DNA of 44,231 bases from an uncultured Gammaproteobacteria bacterium (GTDB taxonomy: Bacteria; Patescibacteriota; Microgenomatia; Levybacterales; UBA12049), in NCBI GenBank assembly GCA_964457405.1, contig CAYWEP010000001.1, forward strand, positions 1 to 44,231. The letters are read 5' to 3'. Positions 1-9,131 of the stretch are shown here, piece after piece. A program made the translations under genes and the position numbers. Position 1 is the first letter of the stretch; every line of letters begins with the position of its first letter. The notes beneath the pieces were generated by a model that was not told where the DNA came from, did not search any database, and worked only from the letters and a program-made list of their open reading frames with translations.

Positions 1-644
1 AGCTCTATCATCACTGAATAACCAGCAAGCCATGCACGGTGACACAAATCAGTTTCTTCAAAGTAAAACAGATAATTCGGATCAAATAATCCACCAACCT
101 CTTCAATCACCTCTCGTTTTGCTAATAGACATGCACCATACGCCGAAAAAATCTCATAAGGCTTTGAATATTTTTTCCTGACAAAATCTTTCCCGTAATC
201 TTTATGATATAAAAATCCAGTGTGTAAGAAGAAGCTCCCCACAGAATTTATTTTTTTGTGCAATGGTGTATTCGGTCTATAAAAAAGCAGGGTCGGCTGA
301 ACTATTCCCACAGACGGATTACGTTGAAGATATGAAACGAGGCCATTTAAAAAATTCTTAGTAACAATACAATCATTATTAAGAAGCAGTACATAGTCTC
401 CTTTGCTTTTTTTGTATCCCAAATTATTCGCTTCCGCAAAACCAAGTTTTCTGTTTGCCTCGACAATTAATTTTACTCGTGGAAATTTTTTCTTAATCAA
501 CTCAATAGACCCATCAGTAGATCCATTGTCAACAACAATAGTTTCGTACAGTTGAAATGAAATAACATTCAATGAATTCAAACATTCTTCGAGATCTTTT
601 TTACCATTGAAATTGACGATTATTATCGATACAAGTGGACTCAT
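1..644 (-). CDS. Glycosyltransferase family 2 (N-terminal 214 codons; C-terminus runs off the left window edge)
   Basis: Not in the ORF track because the window edge truncates it. My minus-strand translation from ATG 644..642 reads MSPLVSIIIVNFNGKKDLEECLNSLNVISFQLYETIVVDNGSTDGSIELIKKKFP... and ends ...YFEETDLCHRAWLAGYSVMIEL. 'VVDNGSTDGS' and 'EETDLCxRA' are classic GT2 (rhamnosyltransferase-like) signatures. Confidence 0.8.
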   Translation of the reverse strand, partial: MSPLVSIIIVNFNGKKDLEECLNSLNVISFQLYETIVVDNGSTDGSIELIKKKFPRVKLIVEANRKLGFAEANNLGYKKSKGDYVLLLNNDCIVTKNFLNGLVSYLQRNPSVGIVQPTLLFYRPNTPLHKKINSVGSFFLHTGFLYHKDYGKDFVRKKYSKPYEIFSAYGACLLAKREVIEEVGGLFDPNYLFYFEETDLCHRAWLAGYSVMIE

Positions 645-655
645 TATGAGTAGGA

Positions 656-1585
656 TTATATCCGATGTTGCTGATACCATTCAACCGTCTTTTCTAATCC
701 TTCCCGAAGAGTAGTTCTTGCCACAAACCCAAATTCACGCTCCGCTCTTGATATATCCAATCTCCTCCTTAACTGACCATCCGGCTTCGTGGCATCCCAT
801 TGTATCTTCCCCCTATAGCCGACAAGCTTCATAATGAGATTAGCAACTTCACGAATTGTTGTTTCAATTCCTGTACCTAGATTTACGGGCTCTACCCCAT
901 CATAATTTTCCGTTGCTAATACTATGCCTTCTGCAGCATCTTCAACATATAAAAATTCACGCGTTGCATTGCCAGATCCCCATACAGTAACAAAAGGGCT
1001 CTTTTTTTCGTTTGCTTCAATAACTTTTTTAATCAATGCCGGAATTACGTGGCTCAACTCCCTACTAAAATTGTCCCTTGGGCCATAAAGATTGACGGGA
1101 AGCAGGTGAATTGCACAAGATCCATATTGCTTTCTATATGCTTCTCCTTGAACAATAAGAATTTTTTTAGCCCAGCCGTATGGAGCCGTAGTCTCTTCAG
1201 GATAGCCATCCCAAAGACTTTCTTCTTTAAACGGAATTTGAGGACTCTTCGGATACTCACAAACTGTGCCTATGCTCACAAACTTCTCAACGCCTGCTAG
1301 TCGTGCCGCCTCCATAAGCTCAACGCCCAAAATGAGATTATTGTAGAAAACTTCTCCTGCATGTTCACCTATAAAACCGATTCCCCCTATTTGTGCAGCT
1401 AAATGAATAACAATCTGAGCATCTCCTATCACTTTTCGACAAATATCCCTTTCTCTTAAGTCGTAATCTTTTGATCTTGGAACAAAAATATGCTTTACCC
1501 CGCGCTTCTTAAGTGCCCTGACAACGTATCCCCCTAAAAAACCTCCGCCTCCTGTGACAACGATTTTTTTATCTTCCAGTTTCAT
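656..1585 (-). CDS. fcl: GDP-L-fucose synthase-like SDR (GDP-4-keto-6-deoxymannose 3,5-epimerase/4-reductase family), copy 1
   Basis: 309 aa with an ATG start. It has the Rossmann motif 'VVTGGGGFLGGYV'. 'YPEETTAPYGWAKK', 'SHVIPALI', 'VWGSGNATREFLYVEDAA', 'NLGTG' and 'DATKPDGQLRRRLDISRA' align by eye with E. coli Fcl motifs (SHVIPAL / VWGSGxPxREFL / SKPDGTPRKLLD). Its ATG forms an ATGA overlap with the stop of the upstream gene. Confidence 0.85.
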   Translation of the reverse strand: MKLEDKKIVVTGGGGFLGGYVVRALKKRGVKHIFVPRSKDYDLRERDICRKVIGDAQIVIHLAAQIGGIGFIGEHAGEVFYNNLILGVELMEAARLAGVEKFVSIGTVCEYPKSPQIPFKEESLWDGYPEETTAPYGWAKKILIVQGEAYRKQYGSCAIHLLPVNLYGPRDNFSRELSHVIPALIKKVIEANEKKSPFVTVWGSGNATREFLYVEDAAEGIVLATENYDGVEPVNLGTGIETTIREVANLIMKLVGYRGKIQWDATKPDGQLRRRLDISRAEREFGFVARTTLREGLEKTVEWYQQHRI

Positions 1586-3291
1586 TTGTTCCTTTCGATA
1601 TCTTGCTTAATCGTACTTCTTACCTTTTCTGTAATATCAATAAATTTCTCGCTTCGTTTTTCCCAGGAGAATGCGATAATCTCATCTGATTTAATATCAT
1701 TCGCTCTCACCGCCGCTGCAAGCTTATCATAGTTGCGAAAATACCCAAACCCTCGTCCATCACAAAAACGATATCCCTCCTCTAATAAATGAAGCAGAAA
1801 TCGACCTTCGTAAATACATCCAGGAAACCTTTCATCTTTTTGATACCACACCATGAGTATCCTTCCAAACCCAATTTGCACAGGTAACATTTTTTCTTTT
1901 TCCTCCATACCATAATATGCACTATCGCTTTGCGTATAAAAAATTGTTCTGTGCGGAAGCTGTGGATAAGACGCTCGGATTGTTGTTAAAAACATTTTTC
2001 GCAGTGCGCTTATTTTCACTATTTTGTCTAAATATGTTCGAATTGTAAAGACGTGACTCAACAGATAAAAACTGAATAAAAAGTACACAACAATTGTAAA
2101 TATTCTATGTTTCGAAAATTTCAAAAGCAGAGAGTATACAATAATTCCCACAAGAATACTTACGCCGATACTTCCGATGTATAAAAACTTAGACTCAATA
2201 ATCGACGCAAAACCGGCATTTCCCAAAACGAAAACATAGGGAGACAGACTGAGGGGCACAAAAGCCATCGCCCATATATATGCTTCTATAGTCTGTTTTT
2301 CTCGCATAATTCTCATGCTTAACACGAGGAGACAAATTATGACTACGGTAATCACATAGGAAACAAGATCATATACTATCGACTGTGCTATGAATGGATT
2401 AGGAATTTTATCAGAAGTTAAAAATTGTGGATATGCTAATCTTACCGCTTCATTTGAGATCTGAATAAGAATCTTTTCAGGAACTAAGCTTCCGGCGAAA
2501 GACTTCATGCTCAGGGAAATTAACCGATAGGGGTATACAGAGATAGAGGGGCGGGAAAAGCCCGTCATATCAGGTGCAGGTACGGTGAAACCAAAGAAAA
2601 GAGGTATCCGGATTAGAATAAAGATAGCGATACTGGTGAGTATTCCATGGGAAAAGGTGCGCAGTAAGTTTTTCCGATCTGACTTAGTGAAGAAATAAAA
2701 TACTACCGGATAAAAAAGGAAGAGAAATATACCATTTTCGTGAAACAGAAGAGATGCGACAAGTGTAAGCATGGAGATGAAGATGTTTCTTTTTCGATGT
2801 TTATCTCGGGCAAGAAATCGCTGGAAAAATATCAAGGAGATAAGAATAAAGGCTGTGGAAATTTCATAGCTATCAGCTGCTGCAACCCACGTAACTGCCT
2901 GATGAGAAATGCTATTAACTGCAAAAAATAGTGCTGCAAACAGAGCAATTTTTCTCTTATTCAGCCAAGATTGAATAAAGTAATAAAGTAAAAATGTATT
3001 AAAAATATGTAAAGTTATACTCAAATATGCATAGGGTTCAAAAGTAGAATAAAAAAATTGATGTGTAAACCAGACGTATATTAGACCCAGAGGAGTAAAA
3101 TGAGAAAAAGCAGTCGGAGGGAAAGAAGACTGAACTATTCCTAACCATCCCTTACTTTGATAATAATTGGCTGAAGCTAATACTTCCCATTCGTCTTGTA
3201 GAAAAAATGTATCTGACAGATTCCAATAGGCAAGACCAACCGCTAAAACTATCAAGGTTAACGCCAAAAAATGAAAACGTACATTAATCAT
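1582..3291 (-). CDS. Polytopic integral membrane protein, family unassigned (putative GT-C-type glycosyltransferase or polymerase)
   Basis: The ORF track gives 1582..3393. I place the start at ATG 3291..3289 (MINVRFHFLALTLIVLAVGLAYW...). That ATG forms an ATGA overlap with the stop of the upstream methyltransferase (3288..3290), and the 34 upstream codons lie inside that gene. The protein has many hydrophobic segments, a first loop 'FFLQDEWEVLASANYYQ', and a hydrophilic C-terminal domain of about 100 aa containing Cys. Confidence 0.55.
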   Translation of the reverse strand: MINVRFHFLALTLIVLAVGLAYWNLSDTFFLQDEWEVLASANYYQSKGWLGIVQSSFPPTAFSHFTPLGLIYVWFTHQFFYSTFEPYAYLSITLHIFNTFLLYYFIQSWLNKRKIALFAALFFAVNSISHQAVTWVAAADSYEISTAFILISLIFFQRFLARDKHRKRNIFISMLTLVASLLFHENGIFLFLFYPVVFYFFTKSDRKNLLRTFSHGILTSIAIFILIRIPLFFGFTVPAPDMTGFSRPSISVYPYRLISLSMKSFAGSLVPEKILIQISNEAVRLAYPQFLTSDKIPNPFIAQSIVYDLVSYVITVVIICLLVLSMRIMREKQTIEAYIWAMAFVPLSLSPYVFVLGNAGFASIIESKFLYIGSIGVSILVGIIVYSLLLKFSKHRIFTIVVYFLFSFYLLSHVFTIRTYLDKIVKISALRKMFLTTIRASYPQLPHRTIFYTQSDSAYYGMEEKEKMLPVQIGFGRILMVWYQKDERFPGCIYEGRFLLHLLEEGYRFCDGRGFGYFRNYDKLAAAVRANDIKSDEIIAFSWEKRSEKFIDITEKVRSTIKQDIERNK

Positions 3292-4016
3292 TTTATCGCT
3301 TTTATAATTACGACTACTTTTTCTATTGGTTGCAAAAAATGAGCAAGTCTTGAAGCAAAATCTGTTCGTACAGGATATGTTGTAAAAAAACATTGAAATG
3401 ACGTACCAAATACTTCGCTGATACGTGACTTTAATCGTGGAGCAGTAAAAAATGCAATATGGGTATTCGGACTAATAGACAGTAACGGAAATCTTACACC
3501 AAACATAATATTTACTCTCGTAAGATAAAATATAACCTTGGTGATTATGTCTGATCTGTTCGTGATCTCCTCAATGAATATCGCGCCGCCGGGTCGAACA
3601 AGCCGTCGCAGTTCTTTCAGTCCCCTTAACTGGTTTTGTACGGTCTCTTGGTAGTCTCTCCCCACCAAATGGTGGAGTACATCACGGATAATCAGCACAT
3701 CAAAGGATCGGTTTGCAAACCTCGAATGAAGTAATGACCGTAGCCTAAATGATATGTTCTTCGATACAAGATGATTTCGATATTGGGGCAGAATCTCTGC
3801 ATCAGTATACGAAGCCTTGGGATAGTGTTCTTGAAGTATTCCCAAAAGTTGTCCTGCTCCTCCACCAAATTCACAAATCTTTATTTTCTTCTTGAAATTT
3901 TTCTTCCTTAACCAGTCGATAATATAAGGTATGAGCAAAGAGTCAGTCGCCTGTTTTTTTCTCACATAATGGTCTATTTGTTCCTGGAACTGCCTAACAA
4001 CTGTCGGATTCTGCAT
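3288..4016 (-). CDS. Class I SAM-dependent methyltransferase
   Basis: The ORF track start at 4022 is a TTG; the first ATG is at 4016 (MQNPTVVRQF...). Motif I is 'ICEFGGGAGQLLGIL'. 'FDVLIIRDVLHHL' and 'LVRPGGAIFIEE' are typical Methyltransf_11/12-type motifs. Confidence 0.8.
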   Translation of the reverse strand: MQNPTVVRQFQEQIDHYVRKKQATDSLLIPYIIDWLRKKNFKKKIKICEFGGGAGQLLGILQEHYPKASYTDAEILPQYRNHLVSKNISFRLRSLLHSRFANRSFDVLIIRDVLHHLVGRDYQETVQNQLRGLKELRRLVRPGGAIFIEEITNRSDIITKVIFYLTRVNIMFGVRFPLLSISPNTHIAFFTAPRLKSRISEVFGTSFQCFFTTYPVRTDFASRLAHFLQPIEKVVVIIKAIK

Positions 4017-4037
4017 AAGCAAGTATAGCGACTGTCC

Positions 4038-5063
4038 TTAATTATATAATGATTTGACTGAATCTAATATAAACATTCTTCCCATCTTATCTTTTAAAAA
4101 AGTTATAATCAAAGCATCCACAACTCCAATCGTAATAATTGGTTCCATTAGAAGAACCCAGTCTTTGTGTTTTAAAAACCGAAATAGTCCTCTAGCAGCA
4201 GCGGGAAATAACAGGTTCGCATAAATGACAAATAAAATTAGCTTTAAAACTTCACTCTTTTTATTGGAATTTAGGAAAATATATTCCGAATTCTTATAAT
4301 ATGGAAGAAAATGCATTTTAACGTTACGAACCCTCTTATCGATAAGTTGCTTCAGGCTCTTTACCGTATAATGAACGTATCCGGGATTAGGAACGTAAGC
4401 AAAATAAGGATATCCAGACCTTACACAATTTATTACAAAGTCATGATCAAAGTAATTTTTCGCTTTCCAATTTGGGGTTCTTTTTAGATATTCGACTCTG
4501 TAAAACATTCTCACCGGAGATGGAAGTTTCTCATCAAATTTGCATAAGGCATACCCTTTTCTTTTCTCGATAATTTTACTTTCCACTGTATCTAAAAGAA
4601 ATTCGAGAAAAGGATCACACATTGCAATGTTGTATGTTAGAAAACGAGCAGCCCAGTGCATGTCCGAACTTGGTTTTTCGTCGGTAAATGAAGCAATGAT
4701 TCGATTATCCGCAAGCATTGGTGATACCATATTTTTTAGAAAATCCTTTCCAGCAAGAACGATGTCTGTTTCCAAGGAAAAAATGTAATCTCCTTGTATG
4801 TTGTGTAGTCCCAAAATCCAATTTTTGTAGATATAACCCTTTGGCTGTACGAACACTCTTGCACCAAAACTTTTGGCAACCTTAACCGAATCATCTGTTG
4901 AACCGTCATCGACAAAAACAATGTCAATTTTATCTTGAGGATAATCTTGATTTTTCACTGATCCCAAACACCGCCGGACCCCTTGTGCATCGTTGAAGGC
5001 GACGAAAATGAGGGATATTTTTGGCCATTTGATTTTGGACATATCTTGTGTTTCTTTAATCAT
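4038..5063 (-). CDS. Glycosyltransferase family 2 with hydrophobic C-terminal segments
   Basis: 341 aa. 'ISLIFVAFNDAQGVRRCLGSVKNQDYPQDKIDIVFVDDGSTDDS' is a canonical GT2 N-terminus. The C-terminus 'VLKLILFVIYANLLFPAAARGLF...MEPIITIGVVDALIITFL' is hydrophobic. Its start forms an ATGA overlap with the stop of the upstream gene. Confidence 0.85.
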   Translation of the reverse strand: MIKETQDMSKIKWPKISLIFVAFNDAQGVRRCLGSVKNQDYPQDKIDIVFVDDGSTDDSVKVAKSFGARVFVQPKGYIYKNWILGLHNIQGDYIFSLETDIVLAGKDFLKNMVSPMLADNRIIASFTDEKPSSDMHWAARFLTYNIAMCDPFLEFLLDTVESKIIEKRKGYALCKFDEKLPSPVRMFYRVEYLKRTPNWKAKNYFDHDFVINCVRSGYPYFAYVPNPGYVHYTVKSLKQLIDKRVRNVKMHFLPYYKNSEYIFLNSNKKSEVLKLILFVIYANLLFPAAARGLFRFLKHKDWVLLMEPIITIGVVDALIITFLKDKMGRMFILDSVKSLYN

Positions 5064-6871
5064 TGTTTAACTGAAACATTTTCTTTCTTGCTTAACAAAT
5101 AATTCCCTAGTAATAAATTCTCTAATTTTGAAGAACGAAATGTGCGAAGCGCATCAAATGGGGTGCAGACGATAGGTTCGCCATGAATATTAAACGAGGT
5201 GTTTAATAAGGCACCTATACCCGTTATTTTCTTAAACTCGTTAACAATATCATAATATTCCAGGTTCACCTTACGGTCGAGAATCTGTGGTCTGGCGGTA
5301 TAATCGTACGGATGCAATGCTGCGATAAGTTCCTTTCTTGCTCTCTTTTTTGTTTCATATGCAATCATCATATGGGGAGATTTTAGCCCGTGGGGCCTTA
5401 CGAGATACGCATCTGCGTCCTCTTCCAAGATGACAGGTGCAAAAGGCATCCAAAAATCTCGACTCTTTATCTGATCATTAATAGTTTTGATAACTTCTCG
5501 ATCCGAAGGATTTGCCAGGATCGATCGATTGCCGAGTGCGCGCGCTCCGAACTCCATGCGGCCGTCAAATCTGGCAATGATTTTCCCTTCAGACAATAGT
5601 TTGGCAACTACTTTGGCTGGAAAGGCTAGTTTTGTTACATGTATATTCTTATTATTCTTCACAAACGTGCGCACCGCCATGTCAATTTCTCTGTCGGTAA
5701 ATGAAGGCCCAAGATATAATGAAGACAATTGTTTTAGTTGGAACGGGTATCCATGTTTTCTACAGAATGTTTCATATCCATAATACGCCGCACCAATGGC
5801 AGTCGATTCGTCTCCACACGACGGCATAACAAAAAGTTTTTTTACCTCATCCAGACGACTGATCTCCATATTCGCTTTGACGTTCATAAATACTCCACCA
5901 CCTAAAACAACCGTATGAATGTTTGTTTTTTTAATTGCGTTTTTAATAAGAGTAGTGAGAATTTGCTCTGTAAATATCTGGATTCCTGCGGCAATTAGAT
6001 CGAATCGTTTCCTGGCTAAATGCTTTTCAAGAAACCGATAATACGAAAGCGCCGGGATTTTTGAGACTATCTTTAAACCGTCAACCCACATAAGATCATG
6101 AAAAACATTGACTATTGATTGAGCTGATTTCTGATGCGCATACGGAGCCAATCCCATTACTTTGTATTCATGCTCATTTGGTTTCATACCTAAATATTCC
6201 GTCACATATAGGTAAAGCCAGCCCAGAGAATACGCATTGGGTGTTGATGCTATTTCCTGCCATCTGTTTTCCCGAACTGTGTAGATTCTGCTACACACGG
6301 TGTCTCCCATTCCGTCGTTGGTCACCACCAAAACCGGTTCTCGTTTCTCTTCCTGTGCAAACGGGCTCATAAAATAAGCACCGATTGCATGTGCTTGATG
6401 GTGGTCCATAACGTTAATCTCTTTTTGATTTTTGTTAAAAATACGCGCAATAAATACTCGATGCGGCCTCTCCAAAGATAACCAGAGAAACCACAAATAT
6501 GCTGTCTTAATAAACAAGTCGTAGCACCAGTAGAATGCCGGAAAAATTCCCATTAGAGTCATCACGAGTGATCTCATACTTCTGATAATGTGAATAACGG
6601 TTCGACTTACTGAACTCACGGGTTGAGGGGAGGACCCATGAATAAAAAGAGAGAGATTCTTGAAGCCAAAAACAACGGAATCGACATCACTAGGCGAAAC
6701 TTGTGCTTTATTGAGGCAATAATTAATTGCATGCTGTGGATAACCCCATTGCCCCTTCTTTCGGGTAAATCTTTCTTCCGAAGCACAAGCAATTATTTCA
6801 CCATTTTTTAATAGGGCCGCTGATGCAACATGCGATTCATTAATGCCTAGTACATAAATATCTTTTCCCAT
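5060..6871 (-). CDS. Carbamoyltransferase (NodU/CmcH/TobZ family)
   Basis: 603 aa. The N-terminus 'IYVLGINESHVASAALLKNGEIIACASEERFTRKK' is the hallmark of the family. 'HHQAHAIGAYF', 'VVLGGGVFMNVKAN' and 'NTSFNIHGEPIV' match the Kae1-like and YrdC-like halves. AGGGGA lies about 8 nt upstream of the ATG. Confidence 0.9.
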   Translation of the reverse strand: MGKDIYVLGINESHVASAALLKNGEIIACASEERFTRKKGQWGYPQHAINYCLNKAQVSPSDVDSVVFGFKNLSLFIHGSSPQPVSSVSRTVIHIIRSMRSLVMTLMGIFPAFYWCYDLFIKTAYLWFLWLSLERPHRVFIARIFNKNQKEINVMDHHQAHAIGAYFMSPFAQEEKREPVLVVTNDGMGDTVCSRIYTVRENRWQEIASTPNAYSLGWLYLYVTEYLGMKPNEHEYKVMGLAPYAHQKSAQSIVNVFHDLMWVDGLKIVSKIPALSYYRFLEKHLARKRFDLIAAGIQIFTEQILTTLIKNAIKKTNIHTVVLGGGVFMNVKANMEISRLDEVKKLFVMPSCGDESTAIGAAYYGYETFCRKHGYPFQLKQLSSLYLGPSFTDREIDMAVRTFVKNNKNIHVTKLAFPAKVVAKLLSEGKIIARFDGRMEFGARALGNRSILANPSDREVIKTINDQIKSRDFWMPFAPVILEEDADAYLVRPHGLKSPHMMIAYETKKRARKELIAALHPYDYTARPQILDRKVNLEYYDIVNEFKKITGIGALLNTSFNIHGEPIVCTPFDALRTFRSSKLENLLLGNYLLSKKENVSVKQ

Positions 6872-6882
6872 AATAAATTCCC

Positions 6883-7671
6883 CTACTTTTTATACCCTAA
6901 TTTTTTACTCCATACAAAATAGTAAGGATATTTACCAAAATTTAAAACATTCGAGACCATGATTGATTTTCTACGCAAAAGAGAAAGAATATATATTATT
7001 TTTGCCAGCCTCCAAACTTGAAAAAATACCCGAATATTCAAAAAAAATACCCGATTCATTCTCGGCTTATATTGAAATGCCTCTACAAAGAATAAACCGG
7101 CCTTTTCTATCATGCCTATAAACACATTTGGCTCTGAGCCCTGTGAATTTTCAACAAAAAGTACAGATCCATTATCGTTTAAGTGTTTTTTAATGTTTGA
7201 GTAAAAAATTTTATGAATGTTCCAATTATTATCAATATAAAGGATATCTTCACTATGGGCCGTTTTAGAACCGTTAAAATGCGGAGGATTAGAAACAACA
7301 AGATCCCATTTCTCTTTTTCGGGTATATTTTTAAATATATCAGACTTATATAGCTTAACTTTTTTCTCCAGATTATTTCTTTTAACAGTTTCTTCACATG
7401 CCTGAATGGCCAAAGGATTAATATCTATGAGACAGAGAGTATTGCATAATCCATGAGCAAGAAGGGAGAATCCTATGAATCCGGGTCCACTTGCAAATTC
7501 GCAAATACTATCTACTCTCCCGATTTTTTCTCTTGTTATTGCTATAAACTCTTGAGCAAAATATCTGCCTCCACCATCAAGTTGAGGTAAATAGTAAACG
7601 GTAATATTTTTGTAATTGACTTTTTTCCAAGTCAGATTATTTCGCAAATTAAATGTTACGCTTTTCATCAT
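6883..7671 (-). CDS. SAM-dependent methyltransferase of the 'small domain' N-methyltransferase type (NPPH motif)
   Basis: The ORF track start at 7680 is a TTG; tandem ATGs sit at 7671 and 7668. Motif I is 'ICEFASGPGFIGFSLL'. The catalytic-type motif 'DLVVSNPPHFNG' is a (D/N/S)PP(Y/F/W/H) motif, as in PrmC/RsmC-type amino-group methyltransferases. Confidence 0.7.
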   Translation of the reverse strand: MMKSVTFNLRNNLTWKKVNYKNITVYYLPQLDGGGRYFAQEFIAITREKIGRVDSICEFASGPGFIGFSLLAHGLCNTLCLIDINPLAIQACEETVKRNNLEKKVKLYKSDIFKNIPEKEKWDLVVSNPPHFNGSKTAHSEDILYIDNNWNIHKIFYSNIKKHLNDNGSVLFVENSQGSEPNVFIGMIEKAGLFFVEAFQYKPRMNRVFFLNIRVFFQVWRLAKIIYILSLLRRKSIMVSNVLNFGKYPYYFVWSKKLGYKK

Positions 7672-7891
7672 AATATACAAAGCTAAAATCAGGCTTGAAC
7701 ATGAATGATAGTATACTGTGTTTGTTGGCTAACTTAAAGCAACACCTCGCGATCTAGAAGCGATCGAAACCCCTAATCGCCTTGATGGAACAGTAAAATT
7801 CAGTTCCTTCTGTGGATGAGATACTACTTTCTAAAAGGGGCGAATTTCAGTACAATCAGCGATGAAGAGCTAAAAGACGCTGAGTGGGCTT
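7672..7891. promoter_or_regulatory. Divergent intergenic region (220 bp) between the minus-strand operon 7671->1 and the plus-strand pair 7892->10097
   Basis: This is the only long spacer in the left half of the window. Candidate -10 hexamers are TACAAT at 7851..7856 (+, 35 nt before ATG 7892) and the palindromic AGTATACT at 7710..7717, which reads TATACT on both strands. These are pattern matches only, and the background is AT-rich. Confidence 0.25.
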
Positions 7892-9073
7892 ATGAAGAAT
7901 AATCCGGTAATTAAGGCTACTTCCACTATAGTGTATATTAATTATTCCCCATATGAAAATTCGGGTCATATTCTTGATTTTATCAAAGAAAAATTTCAAC
8001 GCGTGATAGTTTTTTATTTTAATTTTTATTCACTTAATAAGAAAAACGAATCAAGTTCGCTGAGAATTTTTAAGCGTGGGAGGCTTATCAGGCAGCAAAG
8101 GCTTTTTCAGATTCCTTCCCCCTCCAATATCTATATTCTGTTTCTACTTCTGCCAATTAGGTCATTCGTCAATTTTACACAAATTCTTTACTACACACAT
8201 AAAATCCGGCTTCTTTATAAATCTCCATTTTTGTATTTTACCGTTAATGCATTCACAGCTTGGGTTGGTATTATATTGCGTAAAATCAAACTCATCGATA
8301 AAACAATCTTTTGGGTTTGGGATTATTACCCAATGAAGAACAATAATAAAATTGTTATGGGTATGCGTTGGATTTATTGGCAATTTGATAAAATGGCCAA
8401 CAAGTCAGACCGTATAATATTTTTAAACAGTCGCCTAATCCAATTGAGAAAAGACGCGGGTGTTTTACCTAAACATGATCATTATCGTATAATACCAATT
8501 GGGACTGACCCAATTAAAACTGTTAAGCAAAAAAATCATCTACGGCCAATCCTAGGCTTTATTGGTGTAATAAAGCGCAGTCAAGGACTCGAAACTGTAT
8601 ATGACGCAGCTCCATTGCTGACAAAAAAATACTCAAATATAGAATTAGACGTCGTTGGGTCTGGGCCTGACGAAAGCTATTTTAAGAAACGTGCAAAAAA
8701 AGGCAACTTAAAAACTCATTTTTATGGATTTATCTCTGATGAAAAGGTTGTCATGCAAGTGGTGCAAAAATTTGAAATAGGCCTAGCTCTTTACATTCCT
8801 AATGAAAGCAATGTTTCTTATTATGGAGATCCTTCAAAAATAAAAGACTATCTAAGTCAGGGTATTCCAGTTATTACCACTGACGTATTTCAGTTTTCTC
8901 GAGAAATTCATAATTTAAATGCCGGAATTATAATACCCCATGACTCCCCTCAAAAACTTCTTCTTGCAATAGAAAAAATTATAAGGAATTATTACGAATA
9001 CCAGGTCAATGCATTAAAACTAGCAAAAAAATATGAATATAGAGCGTTATACCCAAAATTATTTAGTGATTAA
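7892..9073 (+). CDS. GT-B fold glycosyltransferase (GT4/GT1-like)
   Basis: 393 aa. The C-terminal half 'GFIGVIKRSQGLETVYDAAPLL...ELDVVGSGPDESYFKKRAKK...HFYGFISDEK' and 'PSKIKDYLSQGIPVITTD' match the GT4 retaining-transferase layout. The N-terminal half is divergent and partly hydrophobic. Confidence 0.75.
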   Translation: MKNNPVIKATSTIVYINYSPYENSGHILDFIKEKFQRVIVFYFNFYSLNKKNESSSLRIFKRGRLIRQQRLFQIPSPSNIYILFLLLPIRSFVNFTQILYYTHKIRLLYKSPFLYFTVNAFTAWVGIILRKIKLIDKTIFWVWDYYPMKNNNKIVMGMRWIYWQFDKMANKSDRIIFLNSRLIQLRKDAGVLPKHDHYRIIPIGTDPIKTVKQKNHLRPILGFIGVIKRSQGLETVYDAAPLLTKKYSNIELDVVGSGPDESYFKKRAKKGNLKTHFYGFISDEKVVMQVVQKFEIGLALYIPNESNVSYYGDPSKIKDYLSQGIPVITTDVFQFSREIHNLNAGIIIPHDSPQKLLLAIEKIIRNYYEYQVNALKLAKKYEYRALYPKLFSD

Positions 9074-9131
9074 GACAGCACGTTTTTTTATTCCCAAACG
9101 ATAACAATATTGATAGATTAAAAAATCAGAC

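Noticed and set aside
1049-1300. Small nested ORFs of 60-100 aa throughout the AT-rich part of the window. Examples: 1049..1300, 2740..2931, 4540..4788, 8076..8336, 12210..12524 and 38143..38502.
   Set aside because: Each lies inside, and out of frame with or antisense to, a longer ORF that has clear homology-type motifs. Their translations are Lys/Phe/Ile/Asn-rich, as expected from random AT-rich sequence.
6472-6571. A hydrophobic stretch 'SLVMTLMGIFPAFYWCYDLFIKTAYLWFLWLSL' inside the carbamoyltransferase, considered as a possible inserted TM domain.
   Set aside because: NodU/CmcH-family proteins normally carry a hydrophobic helical linker between the N-terminal 'EERFTRKK' block and the 'HH.AH' block. 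The total length of 603 aa is typical, so there is no evidence of an insertion.
7749-7780. A short repeat/hairpin in the 7672..7891 spacer. GCGATC occurs twice (7749..7754 and 7760..7765), and GCGAT...ATCGC (7760..7780) could form a 5-bp stem. I considered it as an attenuator or riboswitch-like element.
   Set aside because: The stem is only 5 bp with an 11-nt loop. No U-tract or recognisable riboswitch core is present. The motif is short enough to occur by chance.
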